Source of the DNA: a virus
Virus genome (UHGV): UHGV-1397781
Reading direction: 5' to 3' (one strand)
DNA length: 32,449 bases
A model generated the notes under the pieces. It did not search any database. It saw nothing but the letters and a program-made list of their open reading frames with translations, and was not told the origin of the DNA. A program made the position numbers and the translations under genes. Positions 19,387 to 32,449 of this stretch are shown piece by piece (positions within the stretch are counted from its first letter, which is position 1; every line of letters begins with the position of its first letter).

Positions 19387-19412
<26 letters not shown>
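18867..19412 (+). CDS. nu1: Terminase small subunit Nu1
   Basis: 181-aa ORF MEVNKKQLADIFGASIRTIQNWQEQGMPVLRGGGKGNEVLYDSAAVIKWYAERD recognised as lambda Nu1. Confidence 0.97.
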
Positions 19413-23093
<3,681 letters not shown>

Positions 23094-23113
<20 letters not shown>

Positions 23114-24413
23114 TCTCCCGCATATTGCCAGCATGGCTTTTAATGAGCCGCTGATGCTTGAACCCGCCTATGCGCGGGTTTTCTTTTGTGCGCTTGCAGG
23201 CCAGCTTGGGATCAGCCGCCTGACGGATGCGGTGTCCGGCGACAGCCTGACTGCCCAGGAGGCACCCGCGACGCTGGCGTTATCCGTTAATGATGACGGA
23301 CCACGACAGGCCCGCAGTTATCAGGTCATGAACGGCATCGCCGTGCTGCCGGTGTCCGGCACGCTGGTCAGCCGGACGCGAGCGCTGCAGCCGTATTCGG
23401 GGATGACCGGTTACAACGGCATTATCGCCCGTCTGCAACAGGCTGCCAGTGACCCGATGGTGGACGGCATTCTGCTGGATATGGACACGCCCGGCGGAAT
23501 GGTGGCAGGGGCATTTGACTGCGCTGACATCATCGCCCGTGTGCGTGACATAAAGCCGGTATGGGCGCTGGCCAATGACATGAACTGCAGCGCAGGTCAG
23601 CTGCTTGCCAGTGCCGCCTCCCGGCGTCTGGTCACGCAGACCGCCCGGACAGGCTCCATCGGCGTCATGATGGCTCACAGTAATTACGGTGCTGCGCTGG
23701 AGAAACAGGGCGTGGAAATCACGCTGATTTACAGCGGCAGCCATAAGGTGGATGGCAACCCCTACAGCCATCTTCCGGATGACGTCCGGGAGACACTGCA
23801 GTCCCGGATGGATGCAACCCGCCGGATGTTTGCACAGAAGGTATCGGCATATACCGGCCTGTCCGTGCAGGCTGTGCTGGATACCGAGGCTGCAGTGTAC
23901 AGCGGTCAGGAGGCCATTGATGCCGGACTGGCTGATGAACTTGTTAACAGTACCGATGCGATCACCGTCATGCGTGATGCACTGGATACACGTAAATCCC
24001 GTCTCTCAGGAGGGCGAATGACCAAAGAGACTCAATCAACAACTGTTTCAGCCACTGCTTCGCAGGCTGACGTTACTGACGTGGTGCAAGCGACGGAGGG
24101 CAAAAATGCCAGCGCGGCGCAGCCGGATGTGAACGCGCAGATCACCGCAGCGGTTGCGGCAGAAAACAGCCGCATTATGGGGATCCTCAACTGTGAGGAG
24201 GCTCACGGACGCGAAGAACAGGCACGCGTGCTGGCCGAAACCCCCGGTATGACCGTGGAAACGGCCCGCCGCATTCTGGCAGCTGCACCACAGAGTGCAC
24301 AGGCGCGCAGTGACACTGCGCTGGATCGTCTGATGCAGGGGGCACCGGCACCGCTGGCTGCAGGTAACCCGGCATCTGATGCCGTTAACGATTTGCTGAA
24401 CACACCAGTGTAA
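23094..24413 (+). CDS. C: Prohead protease / head protein C
   Basis: GTG start at 23094 after GAGGAGGAG Shine-Dalgarno, 20 nt inside the end of B; TAELRNLPHIASMAFNEPLMLEPAYARVFF; 439 codons. Confidence 0.93.
23808..24413 (+). CDS. nu3: Scaffolding protein Nu3 (in-frame internal start within C)
   Basis: In-frame ATG at 23808 (MDATRRMFAQKVSAYTG), 714 nt after the C start, corresponding to the lambda C/Nu3 nested arrangement. Confidence 0.75.
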   Translation: MDATRRMFAQKVSAYTGLSVQAVLDTEAAVYSGQEAIDAGLADELVNSTDAITVMRDALDTRKSRLSGGRMTKETQSTTVSATASQADVTDVVQATEGKNASAAQPDVNAQITAAVAAENSRIMGILNCEEAHGREEQARVLAETPGMTVETARRILAAAPQSAQARSDTALDRLMQGAPAPLAAGNPASDAVNDLLNTPV

Positions 24414-24422
24414 GGGATGTTT

Positions 24423-24755
24423 ATGACGAGCAAAGAAACCTTTACCCATTACCAGCCGCTGGGCAACAGTGACCCGGCACATACGGCAACCGCGCCCGGC
24501 GGATTGAGTGCGAAAGCGCCTGCAATGACCCCGCTGATGCTGGACACCTCCACCCGTAAGCTGGTTGCATGGGATGGCACCACCGACGGTGCTGCCGTTG
24601 GCATTCTGGCGGTTGCTGCTGACCAGACCAGCACCACGCTGACGTTCTACAAGTCCGGCACGTTCCGTTATGAGGATGTGCTCTGGCCGGAGGCTGCCAG
24701 CGACGAGACGAAAAAACGGACCGCGTTTGCCGGAACGGCAATCAGCATCGTTTAA
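24423..24755 (+). CDS. D: Head decoration protein D
   Basis: [43 protein letters not shown] with AAGGGA Shine-Dalgarno. Confidence 0.95.
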   Translation: MTSKETFTHYQPLGNSDPAHTATAPGGLSAKAPAMTPLMLDTSTRKLVAWDGTTDGAAVGILAVAADQTSTTLTFYKSGTFRYEDVLWPEAASDETKKRTAFAGTAISIV

Positions 24756-24772
24756 CCTTACCCTTCATCACT

Positions 24773-24797
24773 AAAGGCCGCCTGTGCGGCTTTTTTT
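24773..24797 (+). terminator. Terminator-like hairpin between D and E
   Basis: aaag-gccgc-ctgt-gcggc-ttttttt followed by a second T-run just before the E start codon. Confidence 0.4.
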
Positions 24798-24810
24798 ACG
24801 GGATTTTTTT

Positions 24811-25836
24811 ATGTCGATGTACACAACCGCCCAGCTGCTGGCGGCAAATGAGAAGAAATTTAAGTTTGATCCGCTGTTTCTGCGTCTCTTTTTCCGTGAG
24901 AGCTATCCCTTCACCACGGAGAAAGTCTATCTCTCACAAATTCCGGGACTGGTAAACATGGCGCTGTACGTTTCGCCGATTGTTTCCGGTGAGGTTATCC
25001 GCTCCCGTGGCGGCTCCACCTCTGAATTTACACCGGGATATGTCAAGCCCAAGCATGAGGTGAATCCGCAGATGACCCTGCGTCGCCTGCCGGATGAAGA
25101 TCCACAGAATCTGGCGGACCCGGCTTACCGCCGCCGTCGCATCATCCTGCAGAACATGCGAGACGAAGAGCTGGCCATTGCTCAGGTCGAAGAGATGCAG
25201 GCAGTTTCTGCCGTGCTTAAGGGCAAATACACCATGACCGGTGAAGCCTTCGATCCGGTTGAAGTGGATATGGGGCGCAGTGAGGCAAATAACATCACGC
25301 AGTCCGGCGGTACGGAGTGGAGCAAGCGTGACAAGTCCACGTATGACCCGACCGACGATATCGAAGCCTACGCGCTGAACGCCAGCGGTGTGGTGAATAT
25401 CATCGTGTTTGATCCGAAAGGCTGGGCGCTGTTCCGTTCCTTCAAAGCCGTCAGGGAGAAGCTGGATACCCGTCGCGGCTCTCATTCCGAGCTGGAGACA
25501 GCGGTAAAAGACCTGGGCAAAGCGGTGTCCTATAAGGGAATGTATGGCGATGTGGCCATCGTCGTGTATTCCGGACAGTACGTGGAAAACGGCGTCAAAA
25601 AGAACTTCCTGCCGGACAACACGATGGTGCTGGGGAACACTCAGGCACGCGGTCTGCGCACCTATGGCTGCATTCAGGATGCGGACGCACAGCGCGAAGG
25701 CATTAACGCCTCTGCCCGTTACCCGAAAAACTGGGTGACCACCGGCGATCCGGCGCGTGAGTTCACCATGATTCAGTCAGCACCGCTGATGCTGCTGGCT
25801 GACCCTGATGAGTTCGTGTCCGTACAACTGGCGTAA
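24811..25836 (+). CDS. E: Major capsid protein E
   Basis: Start MSMYTTAQLLAANEKKFKFDPLFLRLFFRESYPFTTEKVYLSQIPGLVNMALYVSPIVSGEV (ATG 24811). Confidence 0.97.
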   Translation: MSMYTTAQLLAANEKKFKFDPLFLRLFFRESYPFTTEKVYLSQIPGLVNMALYVSPIVSGEVIRSRGGSTSEFTPGYVKPKHEVNPQMTLRRLPDEDPQNLADPAYRRRRIILQNMRDEELAIAQVEEMQAVSAVLKGKYTMTGEAFDPVEVDMGRSEANNITQSGGTEWSKRDKSTYDPTDDIEAYALNASGVVNIIVFDPKGWALFRSFKAVREKLDTRRGSHSELETAVKDLGKAVSYKGMYGDVAIVVYSGQYVENGVKKNFLPDNTMVLGNTQARGLRTYGCIQDADAQREGINASARYPKNWVTTGDPAREFTMIQSAPLMLLADPDEFVSVQLA

Positions 25837-25877
25837 TCATGGCCCTTCGGGGCCATTGTTTCTCTGTGGAGGAGTCC

Positions 25878-26276
25878 ATGACGAAAGATGAACTGATTGC
25901 CCGTCTCCGCTCGCTGGGTGAACAACTGAACCGTGATGTCAGCCTGACGGGGACGAAAGAAGAACTGGCGCTCCGTGTGGCAGAGCTGGAAGAGGAGCTT
26001 GATGACACGGATGAAACTGCCGGTCAGGACACCCCTCTCAGCCGGGAAAATGTGCTGACCGGACATGAAAATGAGGTGGGATCAGCGCAGCCGGATACCG
26101 TGATTCTGGATACGTCTGAACTGGTCACGGTCGTGGCACTGGTGAAGCTGCATACTGATGCACTTCACGCCACGCGGGATGAACCTGTGGCATTTGTGCT
26201 GCCGGGAACGGCGTTTCGTGTCTCTGCCGGTGTGGCAGCCGAAATGACAGCGCGCGGCCTGGCCAGAATGCAATAA
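25878..26276 (+). CDS. FI: DNA packaging protein FI
   Basis: Start MTKDELIARLRSLGEQLNRDVSLTGTKEELALRVAELEEELDDTDE (ATG 25878, GGAGGAG Shine-Dalgarno). Confidence 0.93.
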   Translation: MTKDELIARLRSLGEQLNRDVSLTGTKEELALRVAELEEELDDTDETAGQDTPLSRENVLTGHENEVGSAQPDTVILDTSELVTVVALVKLHTDALHATRDEPVAFVLPGTAFRVSAGVAAEMTARGLARMQ

Positions 26277-26287
26277 CGGGAGGCGCT

Positions 26288-26641
26288 GTGGCTGATTTCG
26301 ATAACCTGTTCGATGCTGCCATTGCCCGCGCCGATGAAACGATACGCGGGTACATGGGAACGTCAGCCACCATGACATCCGGTGAGCAGTCCGGTGCTGT
26401 GATACGTGGTGTTTTTGATGACCCTGAAAATATCAGCTATGCCGGACAGGGCGTGCGCGTTGAAGGCTCCAGCCCGTCCCTGTTTGTCCGGACTGATGAG
26501 GTGCGGCAGCTGCGGCGTGGAGACACGCTGACCATCGGTGAGGAAAACTTCTGGATAGACCGGGTTTCGCCGGATGATGGCGGAAGCTGTCATCTCTGGC
26601 TTGGGCGTGGCGTGCCGCCTGCCGTTAACCGTCGCCGCTGA
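26288..26641 (+). CDS. FII: Head-tail connector protein FII
   Basis: GTG start at 26288, ADFDNLFDAAIARADETIRGYMGTSATMTSGEQSGAVIRGVFDDPENISYAGQGVRVEG. Confidence 0.93.
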   Translation: MADFDNLFDAAIARADETIRGYMGTSATMTSGEQSGAVIRGVFDDPENISYAGQGVRVEGSSPSLFVRTDEVRQLRRGDTLTIGEENFWIDRVSPDDGGSCHLWLGRGVPPAVNRRR

Positions 26642-26652
26642 AAGGGGGATGT

Positions 26653-27231
26653 ATGGCCATAAAAGGTCTTGAGCAGGCCGTTGAAAACCTCAGCCGTATC
26701 AGCAAAACGGCGGTGCCTGGTGCCGCCGCAATGGCCATTAACCGCGTTGCGTCATCCGCGATATCGCAGTCTGCGTCACAGGTTGCCCGTGAGACAAAGG
26801 TACGCCGGAAACTGGTAAAGGAAAGGGCCAGGCTGAAAAGGGCCACGGTCAAAAATCCGCAGGCCAGAATCAGGGTTAACCGGGGGGATTTGCCCGTAAT
26901 CAAGCTGGGTAATGCGCGGGTTGTCCTGTCCCGCCGCAGGCGTCGTAAAAAGGGGCAGCGTTCATCCCTGAAAGGTGGCGGCAGCGTGCTTGTGGTGGGA
27001 AACCGTCGTATTCCCGGCGCGTTTATTCAGCAACTGAAAAATGGCCGGTGGCATGTCATGCAGCGTGTGGCCGGGAAAAACCGTTACCCCATTGATGTGG
27101 TGAAAATCCCGATGGCGGTGCCGCTGACCACGGCGTTTAAACAGAATATTGAGCGGATACGGCGTGAACGTCTTCCGAAAGAGCTGGGCTATGCGCTGCA
27201 GCATCAACTGAGGATGGTAATAAAGCGATGA
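26653..27231 (+). CDS. Z: Tail completion protein Z
   Basis: 192-aa ORF MAIKGLEQAVENLSRISKTAVPGAAAMAINRVASSAISQSASQVARETKVRRKL. Confidence 0.95.
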   Translation: MAIKGLEQAVENLSRISKTAVPGAAAMAINRVASSAISQSASQVARETKVRRKLVKERARLKRATVKNPQARIRVNRGDLPVIKLGNARVVLSRRRRRKKGQRSSLKGGGSVLVVGNRRIPGAFIQQLKNGRWHVMQRVAGKNRYPIDVVKIPMAVPLTTAFKQNIERIRRERLPKELGYALQHQLRMVIKR

Positions 27232-27623
27232 AACATACTGAACTCCGTGCAGCCGTACTGGATGCACTGGAGAAGCATGACACCGGGGCGACGCTTTTTG
27301 ATGGTCGCCCCGCTGTTTTTGATGAGGAAGATTTTCCGGCAATTGCCGTTTATCTCACCGGCGCTGAATACACGGGCGAAGAGCTGGACAGCGATACCTG
27401 GCAGGCGGAGCTGCATATTGAAGTTTTCCTGCCTGCTCAGGTGCCGGATTCAGAGCTGGATGCGTGGATGGAGTCCCGGATTTATCCGGTGATGAGCGAT
27501 ATCCCGGCACTGTCAGATTTGATCACCAGTATGGTGGCCAGTGGCTATGACTACCGGCGCGACGATGATGCGGGCCTGTGGAGTTCAGCCGATCTGACTT
27601 ATGTCATTACCTATGAAATGTGA
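27228..27623 (+). CDS. U: Tail terminator protein U
   Basis: 131-aa [57 protein letters not shown]; ATGA overlap with the Z stop. Confidence 0.95.
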   Translation: MKHTELRAAVLDALEKHDTGATLFDGRPAVFDEEDFPAIAVYLTGAEYTGEELDSDTWQAELHIEVFLPAQVPDSELDAWMESRIYPVMSDIPALSDLITSMVASGYDYRRDDDAGLWSSADLTYVITYEM

Positions 27624-27630
27624 GGACGAT

Positions 27631-28371
27631 ATGCCAACACCAAATCCTCTGGCACCGGTGAAAGGGGCCGGGACCACACTGTGGGTTTATAACGGGAGCG
27701 GCGACCCTTATGCAAACCCGCTTTCAGACAATGACTGGTCGCGTCTGGCAAAGGTTAAAGACCTGACGCCCGGCGAACTGACCGCTGAGTCCTATGACGA
27801 CAGTTATCTCGATGATGAAGATGCGGACTGGACCGCGACCGGACAGGGGCAGAAATCTGCCGGAGATACCAGCTTCACGCTGGCGTGGATGCCCGGAGAG
27901 CAGGGGCAGCAGGCGCTGCTGGCGTGGTTTAATGAAGGTGATACCCGTGCCTATAAAATCCGCTTCCCGAACGGCACGGTCGATGTGTTCCGCGGCTGGG
28001 TCAGCAGTATCGGTAAGGCGGTGACGGCGAAGGACGTGATCACCCGCACGGTGAAAGTCACCAACGTAGGACGTCCGTCGATGGCAGAAGATCGCAGCAC
28101 GGTAACAGCGGCAACCGGTATGACCGTGACGCCAGCCAGCGCTTCCGTAGTGAAAGGGAAGAGCACCACGCTGACCGTGGCATTCCAGCCGGAAGGCGCA
28201 ACCGACAAGAGCTTCCGTGCGGTGTCAGCGGATAAAACAAAAGCCACCGTGTCGGTCAGTGGTATGACCATCACCGTGAAAGGTGTTGCTGCAGGCAAGG
28301 TCAACATTCCGGTCGTATCCGGTAATGGTGAACTTGCTGCGGTTGCAGAAATCAACGTCACCGCCAGTTAA
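27631..28371 (+). CDS. V: Major tail tube protein V (with C-terminal Ig-like domain)
   Basis: Start [50 protein letters not shown] (ATG 27631, GAGGA Shine-Dalgarno). Confidence 0.95.
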   Translation: MPTPNPLAPVKGAGTTLWVYNGSGDPYANPLSDNDWSRLAKVKDLTPGELTAESYDDSYLDDEDADWTATGQGQKSAGDTSFTLAWMPGEQGQQALLAWFNEGDTRAYKIRFPNGTVDVFRGWVSSIGKAVTAKDVITRTVKVTNVGRPSMAEDRSTVTAATGMTVTPASASVVKGKSTTLTVAFQPEGATDKSFRAVSADKTKATVSVSGMTITVKGVAAGKVNIPVVSGNGELAAVAEINVTAS

Positions 28372-28386
28372 TCCGGAGAGTCAGCG

Positions 28387-28809
28387 ATGTTCCTGAAAAC
28401 CGAATCATTTGAACATAACGGTGTGACCGTCACGCTTTCTGAACTGTCAGCCCTGCAGCGTATTGAGCATCTCGCCCTGATGAAACGGCAGGCAGAACAG
28501 GCGGAGTCAGACAGCAACCGGAAGTTTACTGTGGAAGACGCCATCAGAACCGGCGCGTTTCTGGTGGCGATGTCCCTGTGGCATAACCATCCGCAGAAGA
28601 CAAAGCAGCCTTCCATGAATGAAGCCGTTAAACAGATTGAGCAGGAAGTGCTTACCACCTGGCCTACAGAGGCAATTTCTCATGCTGAAAACGTGGTGTA
28701 CCGGCTGTCCGGTATGTATGAGTTTGTGGTGAATGATGCCCCTGAACAGGCAGATGACGCCGGGCCAGCAGAGCCTGTTTCTGCGGGAAAGTGTTCGACG
28801 GTGAGCTGA
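28387..28809 (+). CDS. G: Tail assembly chaperone G
   Basis: 140-aa ORF MFLKTESFEHNGVTVTLSELSALQRIEHLALMKRQAEQAESDSNRKFTVEDAIR. Confidence 0.95.
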   Translation: MFLKTESFEHNGVTVTLSELSALQRIEHLALMKRQAEQAESDSNRKFTVEDAIRTGAFLVAMSLWHNHPQKTKQPSMNEAVKQIEQEVLTTWPTEAISHAENVVYRLSGMYEFVVNDAPEQADDAGPAEPVSAGKCSTVS

Positions 28810-29225
28810 GTTTTGCCCTGAAACTGGCGCGTGAGATGGGGCGACCCGACTGGCGCGCCATGCTTGCCGGGATGTCATCCACGGAGTATGCCGACTGGCA
28901 CCGCTTTTACAGTACCCATTATTTTCATGATGTTCTGCTGGATATGCACTTTTCCGGGCTGACGTACACCGTGCTCAGCCTGTTTTTCAGCGATCCGGAT
29001 ATGCATCCGCTGGATTTCAGTCTGCTGAACCGGCGCGAGGCTGACGAAGAGACTGAAGATGATGTGCTGATGCAGAAAGCGGCAGGGCTTGCCGGAGGCG
29101 TTCGTTTTGGCCCGGACGGGAATGAAGTTATCCCCGCTTCCCCGGATGTGGCGGACATGACGGAGGATGACGTAATGCTGATGACAGTATCAGAAGGGAT
29201 CGCAGGAGGAGTCCGGTATGGCTGA
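28387..29225 (+). CDS. T: G-T tail assembly chaperone fusion, made by -1 frameshift at 28785-28791
   Basis: T frame (28791-29225) encodes MFDGELSFALKLAREMGRPDWRAMLAGMSSTEYADWHRFYSTHYFHDVLLDMHF, recognised as lambda gpT; it has no independent Shine-Dalgarno-led start. Confidence 0.85.
28785..28791 (+). promoter_or_regulatory. Programmed -1 ribosomal frameshift slippery site GGGAAAG (G to G-T fusion)
   Basis: Heptamer G GGA AAG at the 3' end of G, with the T reading frame open in -1 from this point. Confidence 0.85.
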
Positions 29226-31632
29226 ACCGGTAGGCGATCTGGTCGTTGATTTAAGTCTGGATGCGGCCAGATTTGACGAGCAGATGGCCAGAGTCAGGCG
29301 TCATTTTTCCGGTACGGAAACTGATGCGAAAAAAACAGCGGCAGTCGTTGAACAGTCGCTGAGCCGACAGGCGCTGGCTGCACAGAAAGCGGGGATTTCC
29401 GTCGGGCAGTATAAAGCCGCCATGCGTATGCTGCCTGCACAGTTCACCGACGTGGCCACGCAGCTTGCAGGCGGGCAAAGTCCGTGGCTGATCCTGCTGC
29501 AACAGGGTGGTCAGGTTAAGGACTCCTTCGGCGGGATGATCCCCATGTTCAGGGGGCTTGCCGGTGCGATCACCCTGCCGATGGTGGGGGCCACCTCGCT
29601 GGCGGTGGCGACCGGTGCGCTGGCGTATGCCTGGTATCAGGGCAACTCAACCCTGTCCGATTTCAACAAAACGCTGGTCCTTTCCGGCAATCAGGCGGGA
29701 CTGACGGCAGATCGTATTCTGGCCCTGTCCAGAGCCGGGCAGGCGGCAGGGCTGACGTTTAACCAGACCAGCGAGTCACTGACGGCGCTGGTGAATGCCG
29801 GTGTGCGTGGTGGTGAGCAGTTTGAGGCGATCAGCCAGAGTGTGGCGCGTTTCTCCTCTGCATCCGGCGTGGAGGTGGACAAGGTCGCTGAAGCCTTCGG
29901 GAAGCTGACCACAGACCCGACGTCGGGACTGACAGCGATGGCACGTCAGTTCCATAACGTGACGGCGGAGCAGATTGCGTATGTTGCTCAGTTGCAGCGT
30001 TCCGGAGATGAAGCCGGGGCATTGCAGGCGGCGAACGAGGCCGCAACGAAAGGGTTTGATGACCAGACCCGCCGCCTGAAAGAGAACATGGGCACGCTGG
30101 AGACCTGGGCAGACAGGACAGCACGGGCATTCAAATCCATGTGGGATTCGGTGCTGGATATTGGTCGCCCGGACACTGCCCAGGGAATGCTGGAGAAAGC
30201 AGAAAAGGCTTTTGATGAGGCGGACAAAAAATGGCAGTGGTATCAGAGCCGGAGCCACCGGCGCGGTAAAACCTCAGCATTTCTTGCCAATCTCCGGGGA
30301 GCATGGGAGGACAGAGCGAATGCGCAACTTGGGCTTTCAGCCGCCACGTTGCAGGCCGATCTTGAAAAGGCCAGAGAGATGGCAGCAAAGGACTGGGCCG
30401 AGTCTGAGGCATCACGGCTGAAATATACCGAAGAGGCGCAGAAGGCTTACGAACGCCTGCAGACGCCGCTGGAGAAATATACCGCCCGTCAGGAAGAACT
30501 GAACAAGGCACTGAAAGACGGGAAAATCCTGCAGGCAGATTACAACACGCTGATGGCGGCGGCGAAAAAGGATTATGAAGCGACGCTGAAAAAGCCGAAA
30601 CAGTCCGGCGTGAAGGTGTCTGCGGGCGATCGTCAGGAAGACAGTGCTCATGCTGCCCTGCTGACGCTTCAGGCTGAACTCCGGACGCTGGAGAAGCATG
30701 CCGGAGCAAATGAGAAAATCAGCCAGCAGCGCCGGGATTTGTGGAAGGCGGAGAGTCAGTTCGCGGTACTGGAGGAGGCGGCGCAACGTCGCCAGCTGTC
30801 CGCACAGGAGAAATCCCTGCTGGCGCATAAAGATGAGACGCTGGAGTACAAACGCCAGCTGGCTGCACTTGGCGACAAGGTTACGTATCAGGAGCGCCTG
30901 AACGCGCTGGCGCAGCAGGCGGATAAGTTCGCACAGCAACAACGGGCAAAACGGGCAGCCATTGAGGCGAAAAACCGGGGGCTTACTGACCGGCAGGCAG
31001 CGCGGGAAGCCACAGAACAGCGCCTGAAGGAACAGTATGGCGATAATTCGCTGGCGCTGAATAACGTCATGTCAGAGCAGAAAAAGACCTGGGCGGCTGA
31101 AGACCAGCTTCGCGGGAGCTGGATGGCAGGCCTCAGGTCCGGCTGGAGTGAGTGGGAAGAGAGCGCCACGGACAGTATGTCGCAGGTTAAAAGTGCAGCC
31201 ACGCAGACCTTTGATGGTATTGCGCAGAATATGGCGGCGATGCTGACCGGCAGTGAGCAGAACTGGCGCAGCTTCACCCGTTCCGTGCTGTCCATGATGA
31301 CAGAAATTCTGCTTAAGCAGGCAATGGTGGGGATTGTCGGGAGTATCGGTAGCGCCATTGGCGGGGCTGTTGGTGGCGGCGCATCCGCATCAGGCGGTAC
31401 AGCCATTCAGGCAGCTGCGGCGAAATTCCATTTTGCAACCGGAGGATTTACGGGAACCGGCGGCAAATATGAGCCAGCGGGGATTGTTCACCGTGGTGAA
31501 TTTGTCTTCACGAAGGAGGCAACCAGCCGAATTGGTGTCGGCAACCTGTACCGCCTGATGCGGGGCTATGCGGAAGGTGGTTATGTGGGCGGGCTGAAGG
31601 CATTAATTTTAATCAGAACAATCACGTGGTGA
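29218..31632 (+). CDS. H: Tail tape-measure protein H, apparently truncated by a frameshift near the 3' end
   Basis: 804-aa ORF MAEPVGDLVVDLSLDAARFDEQMARVRRHFSG recognised as lambda gpH; the frame terminates at 31632, but the +1-shifted frame from about 31605 to 31769 still encodes gpH-like C-terminal sequence. Confidence 0.85.
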   Translation: MAEPVGDLVVDLSLDAARFDEQMARVRRHFSGTETDAKKTAAVVEQSLSRQALAAQKAGISVGQYKAAMRMLPAQFTDVATQLAGGQSPWLILLQQGGQVKDSFGGMIPMFRGLAGAITLPMVGATSLAVATGALAYAWYQGNSTLSDFNKTLVLSGNQAGLTADRILALSRAGQAAGLTFNQTSESLTALVNAGVRGGEQFEAISQSVARFSSASGVEVDKVAEAFGKLTTDPTSGLTAMARQFHNVTAEQIAYVAQLQRSGDEAGALQAANEAATKGFDDQTRRLKENMGTLETWADRTARAFKSMWDSVLDIGRPDTAQGMLEKAEKAFDEADKKWQWYQSRSHRRGKTSAFLANLRGAWEDRANAQLGLSAATLQADLEKAREMAAKDWAESEASRLKYTEEAQKAYERLQTPLEKYTARQEELNKALKDGKILQADYNTLMAAAKKDYEATLKKPKQSGVKVSAGDRQEDSAHAALLTLQAELRTLEKHAGANEKISQQRRDLWKAESQFAVLEEAAQRRQLSAQEKSLLAHKDETLEYKRQLAALGDKVTYQERLNALAQQADKFAQQQRAKRAAIEAKNRGLTDRQAAREATEQRLKEQYGDNSLALNNVMSEQKKTWAAEDQLRGSWMAGLRSGWSEWEESATDSMSQVKSAATQTFDGIAQNMAAMLTGSEQNWRSFTRSVLSMMTEILLKQAMVGIVGSIGSAIGGAVGGGASASGGTAIQAAAAKFHFATGGFTGTGGKYEPAGIVHRGEFVFTKEATSRIGVGNLYRLMRGYAEGGYVGGLKALILIRTITW

Positions 31633-31769
31633 TTCAGAACGACGGTACGAATGGTCTGCCAGGTCCACAGATGATGAAGGCAGTGTATGACATGGCCCGC
31701 AAGGGTGCCCGTGATGAAATTCAGGCACAGATGCGCGATGGTGGTCTGTTCTCCGGAGGTGAACGATGA
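31605..31769 (+). other. Out-of-frame remnant of the gpH C-terminus
   Basis: Alternative frame reads NFNQNNHVVIQNDGTNGLPGPQMMKAVYDMARKGARDEIQAQMRDGGLFSGGER and ends in an ATGA overlap with the M start codon. Confidence 0.6.
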
Positions 31770-32095
31770 AGACCTTCCGCTGGAAAGTGAAGCCCGGTAT
31801 GGATGTGGCTTCGGCCCCTTCCGTCAGGAAAGTGCGCTTTGGTGATGGCTATTCCCAGCGAGCGCCTGCCGGGCTGAATGCCGACCTGAAAACGTACAGC
31901 GTGACGCTTTCTGTTCCCCGTTGGGAGGCCACGGCGCTGGAGTCGTTTCTGGCTGAGCACGGGGGCTGGAAAGCCTTTCTGTGGACGCCGCCTTATGAGT
32001 GGCGGCAGATAAAGGTGACCTGCGCAAAATGGTCGTCGCGGGTCAGTATGCTGCGTGTTGAGTTCAGCGCAGAGTTTGAACAGGTGGTGAACTGA
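31766..32095 (+). CDS. M: Tail tip assembly protein M
   Basis: 109-aa ORF MKTFRWKVKPGMDVASAPSVRKVRFGDGYSQRAPAGLNADLKTYSVTLSVPRWEA. Confidence 0.95.
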   Translation: MKTFRWKVKPGMDVASAPSVRKVRFGDGYSQRAPAGLNADLKTYSVTLSVPRWEATALESFLAEHGGWKAFLWTPPYEWRQIKVTCAKWSSRVSMLRVEFSAEFEQVVN

Positions 32096-32449
32096 TGCAG
32101 GATATCCGGCAGGAAACACTGAATGAATGCACCCGTGCGGAGCAGTCGGCCAGCGTGGTGCTCTGGGAAATCGACCTGACAGAGGTCGGTGGAGAACGTT
32201 ATTTTTTCTGTAATGAGCAGAACGAAAAAGGTGAGCCGGTCACCTGGCAGGGGCGACAGTATCAGCCGTATCCCATTCAGGGGAGTGGTTTTGAACTGAA
32301 TGGCAAAGGCACCAGTACGCGCCCCACACTGACGGTTTCTAACCTGTACGGTATGGTCACCGGGATGGCGGAAGATCTGCAGAGTCTGGTCGGTGGAACG
32401 GTGGTCCGGCGTAAGGTTTACGCCCGTTTTCTGGATGCGGTGAACTTCG
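32095..32449 (+). CDS. L: Tail tip protein L, 5' portion only (truncated by the window end)
   Basis: ATG at 32095 overlapping the M stop; manual translation MQDIRQETLNECTRAEQSASVVLWEIDLTEVGGERYFFCNEQNEKGEPVTWQGRQYQPYPIQ; not in the ORF track because no stop lies within the window. Confidence 0.85.
   Translation, partial: MQDIRQETLNECTRAEQSASVVLWEIDLTEVGGERYFFCNEQNEKGEPVTWQGRQYQPYPIQGSGFELNGKGTSTRPTLTVSNLYGMVTGMAEDLQSLVGGTVVRRKVYARFLDAVNF

Noticed and set aside
23280-25485. Minus-strand ORFs antisense to C, D and E
   Set aside because: Same reasoning as above: antisense to recognised head genes, Arg/Pro/Cys-rich translations typical of spurious frames
29251-31406. Many minus-strand ORFs (80-190 aa) antisense to tape-measure gene H
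   Set aside because: H is highly repetitive and Ala/Gln-rich, which keeps antisense frames open; no independent signals

Overview
This window is the left ~32 kb of an integrated lambda-like prophage, in prophage gene order, running from the attL-proximal P' arm to the start of tail gene L. Calls rest on reading the six-frame track and the DNA by eye and on recall of lambda, 434, 21, 82 and DLP12 sequences; no database search was run. Backbone genes in order: int-xis, a leftward accessory block, the Red genes exo-bet-gam, kil, cIII (54 aa, missed by the ORF track), ea10, N with nutL, a phage-434-type immunity region (OL, cI, OR, cro), nutR-cII-O (with ori iterons)-P-ren, a nin region (ninB, orphan adenine methyltransferase, NinE-like, RusA, YlcG), a DLP12/82-type Q, an antisense OmpC-family porin (nmpC/lc-like), a phage-21-type lysis cassette (pinholin, SAR endolysin, Rz with embedded Rz1), bor, cos, then lambda head and tail genes nu1 through L. 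The best candidates for something undescribed are two cargo genes at known exclusion loci: an AT-rich 289-aa ORF just downstream of N where lambda carries ral/sieB, and a signal-peptide protein overlapping the cI stop codon where lambda carries rexAB. Other points worth a second look are a DUF1311/LprI-like secreted protein next to xis, an apparent frameshift near the 3' end of tape-measure gene H, and ambiguous placement of the late promoter/terminator around the antisense porin.
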